A stretch of DNA of 64,000 bases from Eledone cirrhosa (Eukaryota), in the NCBI GenBank assembly GCA_964016885.1, contig OZ024746.1:28458001-28522000 (forward strand). Direction: 5' to 3'. Position numbers and translations under genes: made by a program. This document shows positions 27,402 through 42,881 of the stretch, one piece after another. The notes beneath the pieces were generated by a model. It was given only the letters and a program-made list of their open reading frames with translations. It was not told the origin of the DNA and searched no databases. Every line of letters starts with the position of its first letter. The stretch's first letter is position 1.

Positions 27402-28188
27402 CATGTGTGCGGATGTACACTCATACAGCCACACACACACACACACACACACGTATATATATATATATATATATATATACAAATGTATATATAAATATGC
27501 GTGTGTGTATTTATAAAGAATAGTAAATCTAAACTTAAATAATGTTAGACATACAGTAAAAGACAGTTCATAAGGAATTACAAAAACAGACAGTGAGGTG
27601 GGGTGAAGAGGAATGAGTTGTAAGAAAGAAAGACAGACAGAGTGTAACAGCCATTGAGTAAGACAGAGTGAGAGAAAGAGTGTATGTGTGTGAGAAAGAG
27701 AGAGAATATATTGTAAATTAGATTGAAAAGAATGTTCCAGAAAGCCTAACTCTGTGCTGTCATGTGATGTGATGTGAAATGTAGGTCAGTAAATAGAATC
27801 CACGTGATTTCTTTTGACTTCTAATTCTGGTAAACATTACAGACACCGTACAGTTCAATCATATATATATATATATATATACATATATATATACATACAT
27901 ATATATATACATACATATATATATGTATATATATATATATATATATATCTGGGCGTGTGTCTATACATCCACGTGATTTCACTGGCTTTCTTTAGAAACA
28001 TTAAAACATGGTTGATGTCGGCTAGTTAATTCATGTGTGTTTGTGCGTATGTATCTGTGTGTATGTGTGCGTGTATGTGTGGCTATGACTCTGTGAAACA
28101 CGTATATGTGACCATGTGTCTATATGGATTGGCTTATATAAATATATATATTTACACACGTGTATATATTTTCATGCGTGTATGTGTG

Positions 28189-28235
<47 letters not shown>

Positions 28236-28379
28236 TTCGCTGGTACTGTTTTATTTCATGTTAACATAGATAAAAACCATCAACCTGAAACATATATATA
28301 TACATATAAAATCACTGGGACCTTTCTACCCAGAAAATAACATTTACAAACTATGTCCACTCCTTCTGCTGCAGAACCT

Positions 28380-29510
28380 TCGACAATAGGTCCCGTGGAA
28401 TGCCGCTATATGCATGTTTGAAGCCTACGAACACTTCTTGGGTATACTACCACGATTTCTCCGAGACCACACTGTTCGTCAGCTCGTTTGAACTTGACAA
28501 TATCTTTACGTCTATGTATCCAGCTATAATTCGAAAAATCCCGTTTGTCTGCATTTTTGAAAATTGGGATTATCACTCCCGATTGCTTTGGTGCCTTAGC
28601 AGAGATCCTGGTAACTCGGCAGAAACGAGTCAACCAGAGAATAGCGTCATGAGTATGGGATCGATGGAAAGCTTGTTGCCTTGAAGATTTTATACGAATG
28701 CCCTAGTACTTGTGTTTACATAAATGATGCTAAGTCACAAAAACTCAATGCGGGTGTCAGACTCAACTAAGGCTGCGTAATGTTCTCAATCTTCATGGCC
28801 AGGATGGCTTGGCGGGAGTAGGATCAGTCGGCTGGAATTTGCCGGCGATGTGTTACTATTTTCCTCGTCGGAAGGTTATCTCCGATATGCACTTAATAGG
28901 TGTTATATTCCTCTCGGTACTCGCAGAGAAAACACAACGAGTTATATCAAATAATTTGTGTAATTTGCGAAACAACCAACATGCCCCTCCTCGCAGTAGC
29001 AGAATAACATAAAGTAAGTAAGTAGTAGTAGTTTGTGACTGAGTTTTTAATACCAACGCTGACTGACTGCCCAGATCACGTGATTCATATGCAAATGTGT
29101 GAGCACGTGTAAATTGAATAGAAATTTAACAGTCCATACAACAATGAGGTTGTGAGTTCGATTCCCAGTCCATACAACAATAGGTTTTCTGCCAAGTGGT
29201 GCACAGTAGAAATGAGAAAATTTGTGCTGCAAAGATTGAGACACGCATCCTCTCAAGGAAGCCTGCACAGTGCACCATATGTGCATTGAGTTCCACTGAA
29301 GCAGTTGCAAGAAAAATAGGAGCTAGTGCAGTAATCTTCCAGCTTCAGCATTCGGTCAGCAGAATAAGGGAGGTATGTGTAAATATCAAACTCTTTATCT
29401 TAAATTCCGTATTTGTGCCAATACTTAATTATAGTCACGAATCTTGGGTAATGACCGAATGAGTACGATGGGAAATAAAGGGACAGAAATGGGTTTCCTC
29501 CGAAATTTCC
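28380..29510. mobile_element. Decayed RTE-like LINE with an inverted 5' segment and later insertions
   Basis: Minus 28390-28600 gives VIIPIFKNADKRDFSNY. Plus 28650-28800 gives EYGIDGKL..TCVYINDAKS. Plus ~29320-29460 gives FVPILNYSHESWVM. Confidence 0.55.
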
Positions 29511-29961
29511 ATAAAAACTTATATGGTGAGTGTATATCTTTCTATTGGCAATATTAGCAACATGACCATCCCCAAATATAACAATATATGTTTCAATTAT
29601 TAAAAAAATGCAATCTAAGCAAAACTTTAGCTCAAGTGGACAACCGTGAAATTTTGAAGTTTTTGGCCGGAAAGTCATTTTTTCAGATAAAAAAAATTAT
29701 CTCTTATATAATTTTCTCTTAAATTAAAAACTTGTTCAGACTTATTCTTGGTATTAGAAGGATAAGTGACAATAAATATAGTGGAGATGGCACTTGCAAA
29801 GTTGGGGACAGAGCGCAGGTTTAGGACAAAGGCCTATTTTTAGCTGTGGGAGCAGCAACATTTTAACTTTCGGAAAATTACCTATTGCTAAGGGCCACTC
29901 TAATATTCATATATCCGTATGTGGTTGACAGCTGAGAGAAATAAGTGCTCGGTATTGAGTA

Positions 29962-29993
<32 letters not shown>

Positions 29994-30084
29994 TGTATAT
30001 ATATATATACTTTCCTTACTATCCTTGCTTTCATATTTCTCCTTGCTCCCCTTTTTTCATTGTATTTATATATAAATAAGTACA

Positions 30085-30268
30085 TAGATACAAAGAGAAA
30101 GGGAGAGCAAGGAGAAAAGGAGAGCAAGGCGAGCAATGAGAAAGGGAGAGCGATGAGAGGAAGGAGAGCAAGGAGAGCAATGAGAAAAGGAGGACAAGGA
30201 GAGAAAGGAGATCAAGGAGAGCAAGGAGAGCAAGGAGAGCAATAAGGAGAGCAAAGAGAGCCAGGAGA
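30085..30268. repeat. (GGAGAGCAA)n-type purine repeat; a similar tract lies at 63850-63995
   Basis: Direct inspection. Confidence 0.7.
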
Positions 30269-30299
30269 GGTTAAGGCAAATATTGCTTAAGTTATGCTG

Positions 30300-30674
30300 G
30301 AAGCAGACAAAGGTGAAAAAATGAACTGTAGAGGTACATTCTGCACCAAAATGACTTTTCTTCTTTTACAAACATCGAGTTTTCGTCTTTTGTAACTTCT
30401 GGCACAAAAACTTTCTTCACGAGAAGAAAGCCCCAATTTCCTCGACAAAGACCTTTCAGCATGGAAGGACGATCCTGGTTACAAAAGTGGACTTGAAAAA
30501 CTTGAAAAGACAGTTGCTGTGAATGATATTGCAGAAAGAGGTGTCAAACTCATTCAAGAATACAATACGATTCTCACAAAAGATGAAACTGACAAACAAT
30601 TTATTTTACAGATCGTTAACGAAAACTGTAAAACACACCCAACTGCCTCTAAATCCCCGCTTACGCAAAAATAA
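30300..30674 (+). pseudogene. DNA transposase C-terminal remnant (hAT/hATm-like)
   Basis: 30438-30674 reads FLDKDLSAWKDDPGYKSG..VAVNDIAERGVKLIQEYNTILTKDETDKQFILQIV, a VNDxAERGVKL motif recalled from hATm-like transposases. Not in the ORF track because there is no ATG. Confidence 0.6.
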
Positions 30675-32728
30675 TCTTCAATATTCAGTGTTCAGTGTTA
30701 ACATTATGTTTTTGATTCTATAGAAATGATTGTTGTATTTACAACATGCGTATAGAAAACTTAATATTTCTTAAGTTTTTCATGCTATTTCAGTAATTTT
30801 TCAAATTAACCCTTGGTAAATTTGATTAAGAACGTTTTTAAACATTTGTTCGGGTTGCCTGGATGTGTCCACATAAATTTCTCTAAGAAGAAAAAAGAAA
30901 ATAGTCGAGTTAGGGAACAGTATATCGCTTTTGAACAGAATTAATCATTGCTATACTATGTTCCAACTTCAAGGCGTTTGAGGGTCGCCTAACAGTTATC
31001 AGATTGAGCTGAAATTTTGCAGACTCCGTGATTTTTGTTGATTGAAACAATATATATATATATATATATATATATGAGGGAGATAGAGACAAAGGGGGCA
31101 AGAAATGTAACCAATCCTATGCTACTAATACTTCTTGAGTCATTCGCAACAACCGAGATACTTGCTATAATTGTCTTATATAGCAGTGGTGGTGTATGTG
31201 GCATATGCTATGTTAATGTCATAGAGTGGAACGAGGTATAAAATGCAATGTGATCCACTCCTAGCAACAGTTTTTTTTCAATTCACTCACAACTCGAAAC
31301 ATAGCAATTCAGGTAAAATGTTTGCCGATGGTATACTAGTTTTGAAATATTGTTGGCTTCCATTGGTTTTGACGATGAGTGTTCCAGTTGTTCGATCAAC
31401 GCTAGTTAGTACCTACATATACAATTTACATGCATGAGACTAAGTATATCTCTTACACATGCACCTATGTCATAATTCGAAGGAAGATATGTCTTGGTTC
31501 AATGTGTGAGAAGAATTTTGAATTACAGGTACAATCTATGCTGTATCATAAATCAGGTGGTAGAACATTCCACAAATAAGGTTACTCTTAGACTTAGTAT
31601 GAAGTAGTGTGTGAAAACGTTTGCCATTTGAATTACTGGTACAATTCTTCCGATGGGCTGCGAAAGATTTTCCGTCTACCCAGTCTCACTCACAAGGTTG
31701 CCCTGAGGCAATGGTAAAGGACTGTTGTCCATGGGGCCACGCTGGGGGTTTGAACCTGAGAAGTTATGGTTGCACAGTTAACTGCTTAACCATTTGGCCA
31801 TGCTGCATCTACACACCAAATATATAACTAGACCAAACAACAACGTCTGCCTGTCAAATTGTGGCATTTTGGGAGGGAATGGGAGTCCGATGGTTTCAAC
31901 GATACATGTTCCGATTGCTTGAAAAACGGAACAGTCTATTCGTGAAATTAACGCGTACCCTTAATGTAGTTCTCAGGAAGATTCAGCGATTACAATCCAT
32001 CCGGCGGGCTTCCAAGCATTTTCTATCTCTCTCAGGTCATTCTCAAGACACGTATCCACCCAAGGCTAAAGTAAATGACGATTACCCCAAATGTTTCACA
32101 ATCTGATCGTAACGGGGACTTAATGTTTTCTAAGAGAGTTTCTAAACCATTCGCCATGCTGCATCTATAATCATAATAATTCAAGGAAAGATAATCATAT
32201 CTTCAAAATATACCAACTTTTAACATACATTGATAATATAAAAAATATTTGAAATAGGTTCTGTAATGTAAATTCACGGTATCAGATTAATGATGTGGGC
32301 TGTTTGCTTTTGATAAATATTACGAAGCCATATTAACCGTTTTCAAAGCATTGCTTAAGATATTTGATGGTCGTATTAGAATTAGCGGAATACATCTTCT
32401 TAATAAATTGAATAATTAAATCAGCTTTGTTGCGATATTGTTTGAATATTTCGGCTATAATCTACAGACTTTGAATTAAGAATCAGATATATTTTCTTTA
32501 AAAATAAAAAAAATAAAACTTACAAAGTTATCTTCTTGTAAAATATTATTTCTGTGAGAAGTTTCCCATCTTCAATAGATTAAAGAATACATTAGAATTT
32601 CTTCCTAATTAACACAATCGTAGAAAAAGGTTTCGTCTATCTTTGAATATTTACTTCGTTCAATATCTACATAGAGATATGTATATGTGTGTGAATGTGT
32701 GTACCCCGCTCTCTCGTCTCTGTATACA

Positions 32729-32767
<39 letters not shown>

Positions 32768-32769
32768 GT

Positions 32770-33400
32770 GAATATGCATGTATGTATACGTACATACATA
32801 TATGTATATAGACGTACAGTGTATGTATATATATATACATACTACTCTACGTCTGTATACATATATGTATGTACGTATACATACATGCATATTTACATTT
32901 AAGTAACTGCCGTACTAAGAGTGAGAAATCAAATTTCGTTTCATTCTATTCCATTTATCGTTTTCGGTGCGCCCAGCCGACTAAACTCACTCGATATGCA
33001 AATTAGGATGCTCAGCCGTTAATATGCATAAGGAAAGTATAGACTTTCAGACGTTCAACCATCTGGCAGGAAGGTATACGATGCTGACGATAGCTAATAA
33101 GCTTGAAACTAGTACATCGTTCCTGTGTCAGTGTTGAACAAAAAGGTGACGTGGTTGCCTAAACACTGTACGGCGTAATTCGGGCTGTTTGTTTGTTTAA
33201 ACAAACAAACCGAGCATTATAATAAATGTTCGGTAAGCCGATACGTGCATATATATATATGTGTACGTGTATGTATATATATACATACTACTGTACGTCT
33301 GTATACATATATGTATGTACGTATACATACATGCATATTTACATTTAAGTAACTGCCGTACTAAGAGTGAGAAATGAAATTTCGTTTCATTCTATTCTAT
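32770..33400 (+). repeat. Diverged ~1.25-unit copy of the HHR satellite (446-bp period), with HHR at 33078-33120
   Basis: Aligns with 20800-21250. Direct repeats start at 32841 and 33287. HHR reads acgatg CTGACGA tagctaataagctt GAAA ctagTA catcgt. Confidence 0.85.
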
Positions 33401-33835
33401 ATATATATATATATATACATACATATATATATATGTATGTATATATATATATATAGGTGTCGGTGTGTGTGATCAGATATATCAAGACAAATTCAACACT
33501 TCGACCATATCATTGTGACCAGTCTGGCAATGTACGCTAAAGTTCAATAGCACCGTTGCCACTCATCAGACGAAGTAAATAAAAAAAATAAACCCATCAC
33601 ACTTCTCACAGTATTATTAGCAAGAAAAGTACATTAATATATATATATGTATACATGTGTGTGTGTGGGTATGTGTAAGTATGTATGTGTGCATATGTAT
33701 GTGTTTGTAAGTGTGTATGTATATATGCATGTATGTGTGTGGAGTGTACATGTGTGTCTATGTCTATGTGTGTGGGGTATTTCTGTACGTGTGATGTATG
33801 TGTCTGTGTATATGTGTGTGGTGTATTTATATGCA

Positions 33836-33899
<64 letters not shown>

Positions 33900-34004
33900 A
33901 ATATATATGTATGTGTCTGTCTGTGTGGTATAAATGTGTGTGTCTATGTATATATGTATGTATGTGTGTATATATGTGTGTCTGTATATATGTGTGTTTG
34001 TGTT

Positions 34005-34040
<36 letters not shown>

Positions 34041-34310
34041 ATCTGTGTATGTGTGTATGGAGAATGTCACACCATTGTGTCTGATAACTTTGAATTATTC
34101 ATAGTAGATATAGTTAGTTGTGTAAGTAAAATCAATGAAATCATAAGAAAAAATGTATAAATATCATTCAGACGTCAGACGATTTTATGTGTAACCACAG
34201 ACAAATATTTCTGCTAGAATTCATCTGGAGATAAAATAAATACCATTGATCTTGTCTATAGATTGAAACTAATTAAAGGCAAACGTTTGATGAAATATAT
34301 ATATATATAT

Positions 34311-34383
<73 letters not shown>

Positions 34384-34409
34384 TATACATATATATGTAA
34401 TATTATACA

Positions 34410-34498
<89 letters not shown>

Positions 34499-34723
34499 GT
34501 GAAGAAAAAATTTGGAAGAAAAACATTTCCAAATATCCTAATATTAAAATTCACGCATTTATAGAATAATTTTAATGATTTCGTCTGACTATATTATACA
34601 AAAATATTAATTTTGAACGATTTTTTTTTACATCCAGTCTACTCGAGCCCAAGTAATTTGTTAGTATTAATATTTTTTATGAAACATCATTTTGAATTTT
34701 TTTTTATATGGGTTTGCAAATAT

Positions 34724-35203
34724 AATTGTTTATACTTTTGGCACAAGGCCAGCAATTATCCCAGTACCTTACTGGTGCTTAATTTTATCGACCCCGTAAG
34801 GATGAGGCAAAGTTAAGTTCGGCGGGATTTGAACTCAGACCGTAACTCTATGCTGGAAAGCATGGCGTCCGACCCTCTACCGATACTGCCAATCATGGCG
34901 TCCGACCCTCTACCGATACTGCCAATCCACCGCGATTGGGTGTGCAAATACAATGATAGTCACTTTTGGCAAACATTCACTGTTACCAAGAACTATTATT
35001 TTGTCACGTGGCGGTGTAGGGCGGTGAATTGGCAGTAGCGGTAGAGGGTCGGACGCTTTGTCGCATAGAGTTACGGCCCTTACCATTCTGAGTTCAAATC
35101 CCGCCGAGGTTAACTTTGCCTTTCATCCTTACGGGGTCGATAAAATAAAGTACCAGTAATGTACTGGGTAATTGCTGGCCTTGTGCCAAAAGTAGAAACA
35201 ATT
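34724..35203. mobile_element. Head-to-head pair of tRNA-derived SINEs (34724-34935 minus; 35010-35203 plus)
   Basis: A-box tggcagtagcggt, B-box gagttcaaatcc, 3' end ggccttgtgccaaaagtagaaacaatt. The left copy is its reverse complement with a 33-bp internal duplication. Confidence 0.75.
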
Positions 35204-35444
35204 ATTTTGTCACGTGGTAGTATTCCACAGTTGTGAGGATCCGTAATGCCATTTTCAGTGTGTGACAAGGCTGACAATTACTGGTACGATCGTTCCACAC
35301 TGTTACCGTTTATCCAGTTTCACTTACAAGGCTTGGGTTGGTCCCATCCTCTAGTAGATGATACTTGTCCAAGTTGCGACGTACTGGTATCAAACCTGGG
35401 GGTTGATTATAGCTCAGTGAATATTTTAACAAATTTGCCAAATA

Positions 35445-35645
35445 CAATGTGTTCGCTTTTAACGCGCTCGCGTAAAGCAAATTCGTGTAATTCAAGTCTA
35501 ATTTTCTGATAAAAAATAAAAAATAAAAAACCACAGGCATTATAGCGCGTTTTTCGCACAAAGTGAATATTTGACAATATTTTTTCTCAAGACGCGTTAA
35601 AGCGAATTGGCGTATTTCAGGTTCGCGTAAAAAGCGAACAGACTG
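35445..35645. mobile_element. pogo/Tigger-type MITE
   Basis: TIRs caatgtgttcgcttttaacgcg / cgcgtaaaaagcgaacagactg, preceded by TA. Confidence 0.55.
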
Positions 35646-35854
35646 CCATTGTAAAGTCTTATACCTTTCGTTTGTAATTCACATTGTATTTCTAGTATTA
35701 GGTAGCTGACGCCGTGGTCTAATTAGAAACAACCGTCAAGTGTTACGCATCAATATTTTAAATGTTTTTTTTCATCAATTTACATACACTCCCGATTGAT
35801 ATAGTCTTTCGAGATTTAAAAGTAAACTTGGGATTCGCTCTACCTCCACTACCG

Positions 35855-38012
35855 TCATCACCACCAGCTACCACCACCACTACCATCATCACCACCAGCT
35901 ACCACCACCACTATCATCATCACCACTGCCACCACCACTACCATCATTACTACCGCTACCACCACTAACAGCACCAACATCACTACCATCACCTCTACCA
36001 TCATCACTACCACTACCACCACCACTGCTACCATCATCAATACCACTACCACCGCCACTACCATCGTTACTACCACTACCATCATCACCACCGCTACCAT
36101 CATCACTACCACTACCACCACCACTACCATCATCACCACCGCTACCAGCACCACTACCACTACCACCACCACTACTACTAACACCACTACTACCATCATC
36201 ACTGCCACTACCAGCACCACTACCACTACCAGCACCACTACTACTACCACCACTACTACCAGCACCACTACCACTACCAGCACCACTACTACTACCACCA
36301 CTACTACCATCATCACTATCACTACCAGCACCACTACCACTACCAGCATCACTACCACTACCACCACCACTACTACTACCACCACTACTACCATCATCAC
36401 TGCCACTACCAGCACCACTACCACTACCAGCACCACTACTACTACCACCACTACTACCAGCACCACTACCACTACCACCACCACTACTACTAACACCACT
36501 ACTACCATCATCACTGCCACTACCAGCACCACTACCACTACCAGCACCACTACCACTACCACCACCACTACTACTAACACCACTACTACCATCATCACCA
36601 CCGCTACCAGCACCACTACCACTACCACCACCACTACTACTAACACCACTACTACCATCATCACTGCCACTACCAGCACCACTACCACTACCAGCACCAC
36701 TACTACTACCACCACTACTACCAGCACCACTACCACTACCAGCACCACTACTACTACCACCACTACTACCATCATCACTATCACTACCAGCACCACTACC
36801 ACCACCACTACCACTACCACCACCACTACCACTACCACCACTACTACCATCATCACTACCACTACCAGCACCACTACCACCACCACTACCACTACCACCA
36901 CCACTACCACTACCACCACTACTACCATCATCACTACCACTACCACCACCACTACTACTACCACCACTACTACCATCATCACTACCACTACCACGACCAC
37001 TACCACTACCACCACCACTACTACTACCACCACTACTACCATGATCACTACCACTACCAGCACCACCACCACTACCAGCACCACTACCACTACCAGCACC
37101 ACTCCTACTACCACCACTACTACCATCATCACCACCGCTACCATCATCACTACCACTACCACCACCACTACCATCATCACCACCGCTACCATCATCACTA
37201 CCACTACCACCACCACTACTACTACCACCACTACTACCATCATCACTACCACTACCAGCACCACTACCACTACAACCACTACCACTACCAGCACCACTAC
37301 CACTACCACCACCACTACTACTACCACCACTACTACCATCATCACTACCACTACCAGCACCACTACCACTACAACCACTACCACTACCAGCACCACTACC
37401 ACTACCTCCACTACTACCATCATCACCACCACTACCATCATCACTACCACTACCACCACTACTACCATCATCATTACCACTACCAGCACCACTACCACTA
37501 CAACCACTACTACTGCCAGCACCACTACCACTACCAGCACCACTATCACTACCACCACCACTACCATCATCACCACCGCTACCAGCACCACTACCACTAC
37601 CACCACTACTACTACCACCACTACTACCATCATCACCACCACTACCATCATCATTACCACTACCACCACTACTACCATCATCACTACCACTACCAGCACC
37701 ACTACCACCACTACCAGCACCACTACCACATCCAGCACCACTATCACTACCACCACCACTTCCATCATCACCACCACTACCAGCACCACTACCACTACAA
37801 CCAGCACCACTACCACATCCAGCACCACTATCACTACCACCACCACTTCCATCATCACCACCACTACCAGCACCACTACCACTACCAGCACCACTACCAC
37901 TACAACCAGCACCACTACCACATCCAGCACCACTATCACTACCACCACCACTACCAGCACCACTACCACTACCAGCACCACTACCACTACCACCACCACC
38001 ACCACCACCATT
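35855..38012. repeat. Complex (ACC/ACT/ATC/AGC)n trinucleotide satellite
   Basis: About 2.15 kb of in-phase trinucleotide variants, which give the poly-Thr and poly-Val pseudo-ORFs. Confidence 0.9.
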
Positions 38013-38688
38013 ACCCCGAACATTACACCTGTCAGAGACAGTCCCAGCATCAACAACACTACCAATTCCTTCAATGTCGGTTGTTGCAATGTTGTCCTTT
38101 GTTTGACTGGAAACAAAGTAAAAGAAAGTATCTTGTTTAAGGACACAAGCGGCCGTCAGATATCGAACTCACTACATTACGATGATGACAGGAACTCGTC
38201 TAACCATTACGTCACTTGACTCCATTCAGCGTAGTTCACATGAAAATAAACAGTAATGGTGGTTCCATCATTGCAAAGAATTTATCGTCCTGCAATACAA
38301 GCAAAACTGGATTAAAATTCTTTATTCAATATCTAGAAATCTACGTGTATTTTACATTGTATAAAGGTGTTTGATATTATAGGAATTTGTTAGACCCAAA
38401 TCTGGTTATATGATTTGAATGAAACATCACTTGATGTAATATATATATTATATGATATATATATATATAAACACATATATATATATATATATACATACAT
38501 ACATACATACATATCAAACATGCTTTGTGCGCGTTCAGCTGAATTAGATGTTCTATAGAAAATAATATACTATATATGAGATACATTTGTACGTATATAA
38601 GCACGTACACGGCCACACACATATACACATGCACCCAGTCACACACAGATATATAGAGATGTAATATACAAGTACAATGAAAGTTCCT

Positions 38689-38728
<40 letters not shown>

Positions 38729-38875
38729 CTTACATAAATATATATAGACATTTATATGTATGTATACTCACACACATACACTCTATATACTGTATCAGCT
38801 AGAGGTCAAGAGTTGTATTATCTTCACAAAAAGGAAATGTAATTATGGTAGACTCTTCCATGTGCCTGTATATGG

Positions 38876-38963
<88 letters not shown>

Positions 38964-39419
38964 TCATACACAGAAACAGCAAGTCCTACTTTACAAGTCG
39001 CCATTTTAAAACACACATGATACACGATAAATTCAAAGAAAATGTTACATCTATTGTATGTGTAATATATGTATATATTGCAGGTATATATATTATAACT
39101 ACATTCTATTCATATATATATATATATATATATATACATACAAACACACACACACATATATATGTATATATATATATCTTTATATATATATACATATATT
39201 TCACTGACATACCACATACACACACAACACATATGTATATATACATTATATTTGGTGTGTATTTACAATAAAGCGACATTATTACGTAAATAGTTATATA
39301 AACCCAGGGGAAATTTTGTATGTACTGTCGGTGGCTTATTTTGCTAAGCACCACACAGTTAACATAGAAGTAGTTATTTGTATGATAGCATGATGTAAAT
39401 CTCTCATCCCTCTCTATCA

Positions 39420-39450
<31 letters not shown>

Positions 39451-39886
39451 CCCCTTCTCTCTCTCTCTCACTCACTCTCTCGTCATTGATGGACATCTAA
39501 TAGGATTATATTTAATGGAGATAACTGCGAACGCTGCTGACAATTTTAACTTGGAAATGAAAACACCCCTAAACACAATATCTTTGCAAACACTACGTAC
39601 TTACACACACACACACACATATACACACAAGCACGCACGCACGCACACACACACACACACACACACATACACACACACATACACGCTCAAACACACACAC
39701 ACACACACACACACATACGCACACACATATACACATACCTACATATATTTATGTATTCAGGCATTTATGTATGTATTTATGTGTACCCATGTATATCTAT
39801 ATATGTCTCCCCCCCCCCTTTCTCTCTGTCTCTGTATATATATATATACATATATATCTATAAATATATATATATACATATATATC

Positions 39887-39945
<59 letters not shown>

Positions 39946-40077
39946 TATATATATTAATGCATGCGTGTTTGCATACATACGTACATACATTTATACATAC
40001 ATACATACATACATACATACACACCTACATACAAACATACATACATACATTCATACATACACCTACATACACATAGT

Positions 40078-40145
<68 letters not shown>

Positions 40146-40737
40146 TACAATACAACACAAACATAGTTCAAGACATGACATTGAACGTGAAATATGTCGA
40201 GGTAGCAATATTTATTTTCTGCTTATGGAAGCTGATGTAGCAGAATCTTTAGAACCTTCGATATTTGTTCCAACTCCCTCCGTTCCCAGTTCAAATCCCG
40301 CCTAGCACCACTTTCCTACTTTTGGTGCCGTTAAAGAAACTCTCAGACCACTGTTGGTGAAACACTCTTGTATATGTCTCAACTCGTCATATCATTGGCA
40401 TCTAAAATCCTTAGTGAAAGCACATTACATACTACTAAGTCATACTTGATTGTGTGTGACGGCTGTAGAAGTTTTTACTTAACTTAGAGATAGTGAAACC
40501 ATAATAGTTTAATACAATATAAATGAATAATGTTCTAAAGAGATTTGAAGATATTCAATGATGTACAGTGATAAAACATAGTCATTAATTACTGATATAC
40601 AAATAGATATAACTTTCTCTCTGGAAATATATTACTGGAGCAAACTGCTGACGCATATTTGAATATAATGTAGCTATGACGTCTTGAATAGATTGAATAA
40701 AACAGACACAAACACAGGCACATATACGATTATATAC

Positions 40738-40830
<93 letters not shown>

Positions 40831-41914
40831 ACATATAAATTAGAAAAATGTTGAAATTAGTGAAATGTATCTGAAATAAATGGCAGTTCTTTGTAAAATA
40901 TCGATGATAAAATAGAATCGAAGGAGAAAGTAATATATTGGAGATTAGTGTTAAAAATGAATTGTAAAATAATTGGTTGAGAAATTGGGGAAGGCAATAA
41001 AAAATGTGGTGAATGAAGAAAAATATCGATAATGCTTGAGGGGTAGGTAAGGGTATGTTGAAAAAAAAATGGTGGCCGCAAGTTATGAAGGTTCCTGTGG
41101 AATGGGCCTCCGTCGGTTTCGTCGATGTTTTAGTTGTTCCATCAATGGAACAGCCTGCTCGTGAATTTAGCATGCAGATTGCTTAGTATTCAACTGACAT
41201 GTGTACCCTTAACATATTGGATCTCAAGTTTGTTTTATTTATTTGAATTACAGATTCAGTCTAGCCAGTGGGTTTCCAAACAGTTTCCGTCTACCCAAAT
41301 TCACTGACAAAGCTTGGATTGAGCCGAGGTTATAATCAAAACACCACGAAGCGAGATCAAACCTCAATCTACATGATTGTGAGGCGGACTTCCTAACCAC
41401 TAAGCTATATGTGTAATCCCAATATTTCATATGACAGTCGAGAGAAATCGGTAAAATAGAAATGCAGATATAACATAGCAATAATAGAATTTAATAATTG
41501 AATTACAATTTAATTATTGTTCAAAATAATATGGTAATGACACGTAGTTGGGTTGAGGAAGACATGTGAGAGGAGCGCAGGAAAATTACAAGAATCAGCG
41601 AGGAAATTACGAGGAAAATTATTTGGAAAAGAGTTTGAAAAGGTGAAGAATGGAGAAAAGTGCGTGGGAGCTGCGTGAAAAGAAATCTAGAAACATATTT
41701 AGAAGAAAGTGAAGATAGGTGGACAATAGGAAGAAAATTGAAATAGAATCACTTGTAAAATGTGAAGAGTGGGGACATTTTGTTAGAAATATATGGAAAA
41801 CGTTATGAGGAGGAATTTTTTTAAATATTGTTTATTCAAGGAGGGAAGTATAGAGATTATGGGTTTTGTTTCAGTGCTACGGAGAGTATTGAAATAGAAG
41901 GATGAAGTTATTTT

Positions 41915-42690
41915 AACACCAAACTCTCCCTCTCTCTATATCTACTACACTAAACTCTCTTTCAATCCCACTCTCTATATCAGTTAGCACCAAAGTCTCC
42001 TACTCTCTACATCACTACACGGAACTTTCTTCCAAACACCCTCTCGATATCTACTAGAGGGAACTCTCTTCCAATCCCTCTCTCTCTATATCAATTAACA
42101 TCAAACTCTCCCCCTCTGTATATCTACTACAGTGAACTCTCTTTTAATACCCCTCTCAATATCAATCTACTACATGGAATTCCCTTACACTCTCCCTCTC
42201 TATATCAATAAACATCAATCTCTCCCAACCACCTCTCTATATCTACCATACAACACTCTCTCTAATTCACTTTAACCATCACTACCAAGCCCCCCTCCCC
42301 TTCCTCACTATATTTATCAATATTTATCGCTATCCCCTCAGTCTATTCATTACCACCAAACTCTCCTCTCTACGTCAACCATATATTAACCTCTTCTAAT
42401 TCCCCTCTCTATATCTACTACTCGGTACTCTTTTCCAACCCACCCTTTATATCCACTATTCTGTACTCTCTTCCAATCGCCCTCTCTATATAAATTAGCA
42501 CCAAACTTTCCCCTCTCACTATATCTACTACATGACATTCTCTCTCCCGAAACCCATCTCTCTATATCAATTAACACCAAACTCTCCCCCCTCTGGATAT
42601 TTACTACATAGAACTCTCTTCCAATCTGCCTCTCTATATCTAATATACAAGAATTACCACGAAACTCTTCCTCTCTCTATATCTATATCT
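41915..42690. repeat. Degenerate ~35-40 bp minisatellite
   Basis: Recurrent ctctctatatctactac..aactctcttccaat alternating with ctctctatatcaattaacaccaaactctcc. Confidence 0.7.
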
Positions 42691-42816
42691 ATCTTTACAT
42701 GACATCTACATACATTGTAGTGCATATACAAATAGATGTCTGTTTTTGGTATTTTGGGGAGACAATATAATTATTGGAGAAGTTCTACCGCCCCTCACTA
42801 ATATGTATATATATAT

Positions 42817-42881
<65 letters not shown>

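Noticed and set aside
33495-33580. CTGATGA followed by a tggcaa/ttgcca stem on minus
   Set aside because: No GAAA follows stem II, so the topology cannot be completed.
35858-38219. 762-aa poly-Val and 392-aa poly-Thr ORFs as a mucin or membrane protein
   Set aside because: A trinucleotide satellite is stop-free by composition, and there are no domains or signal peptide.
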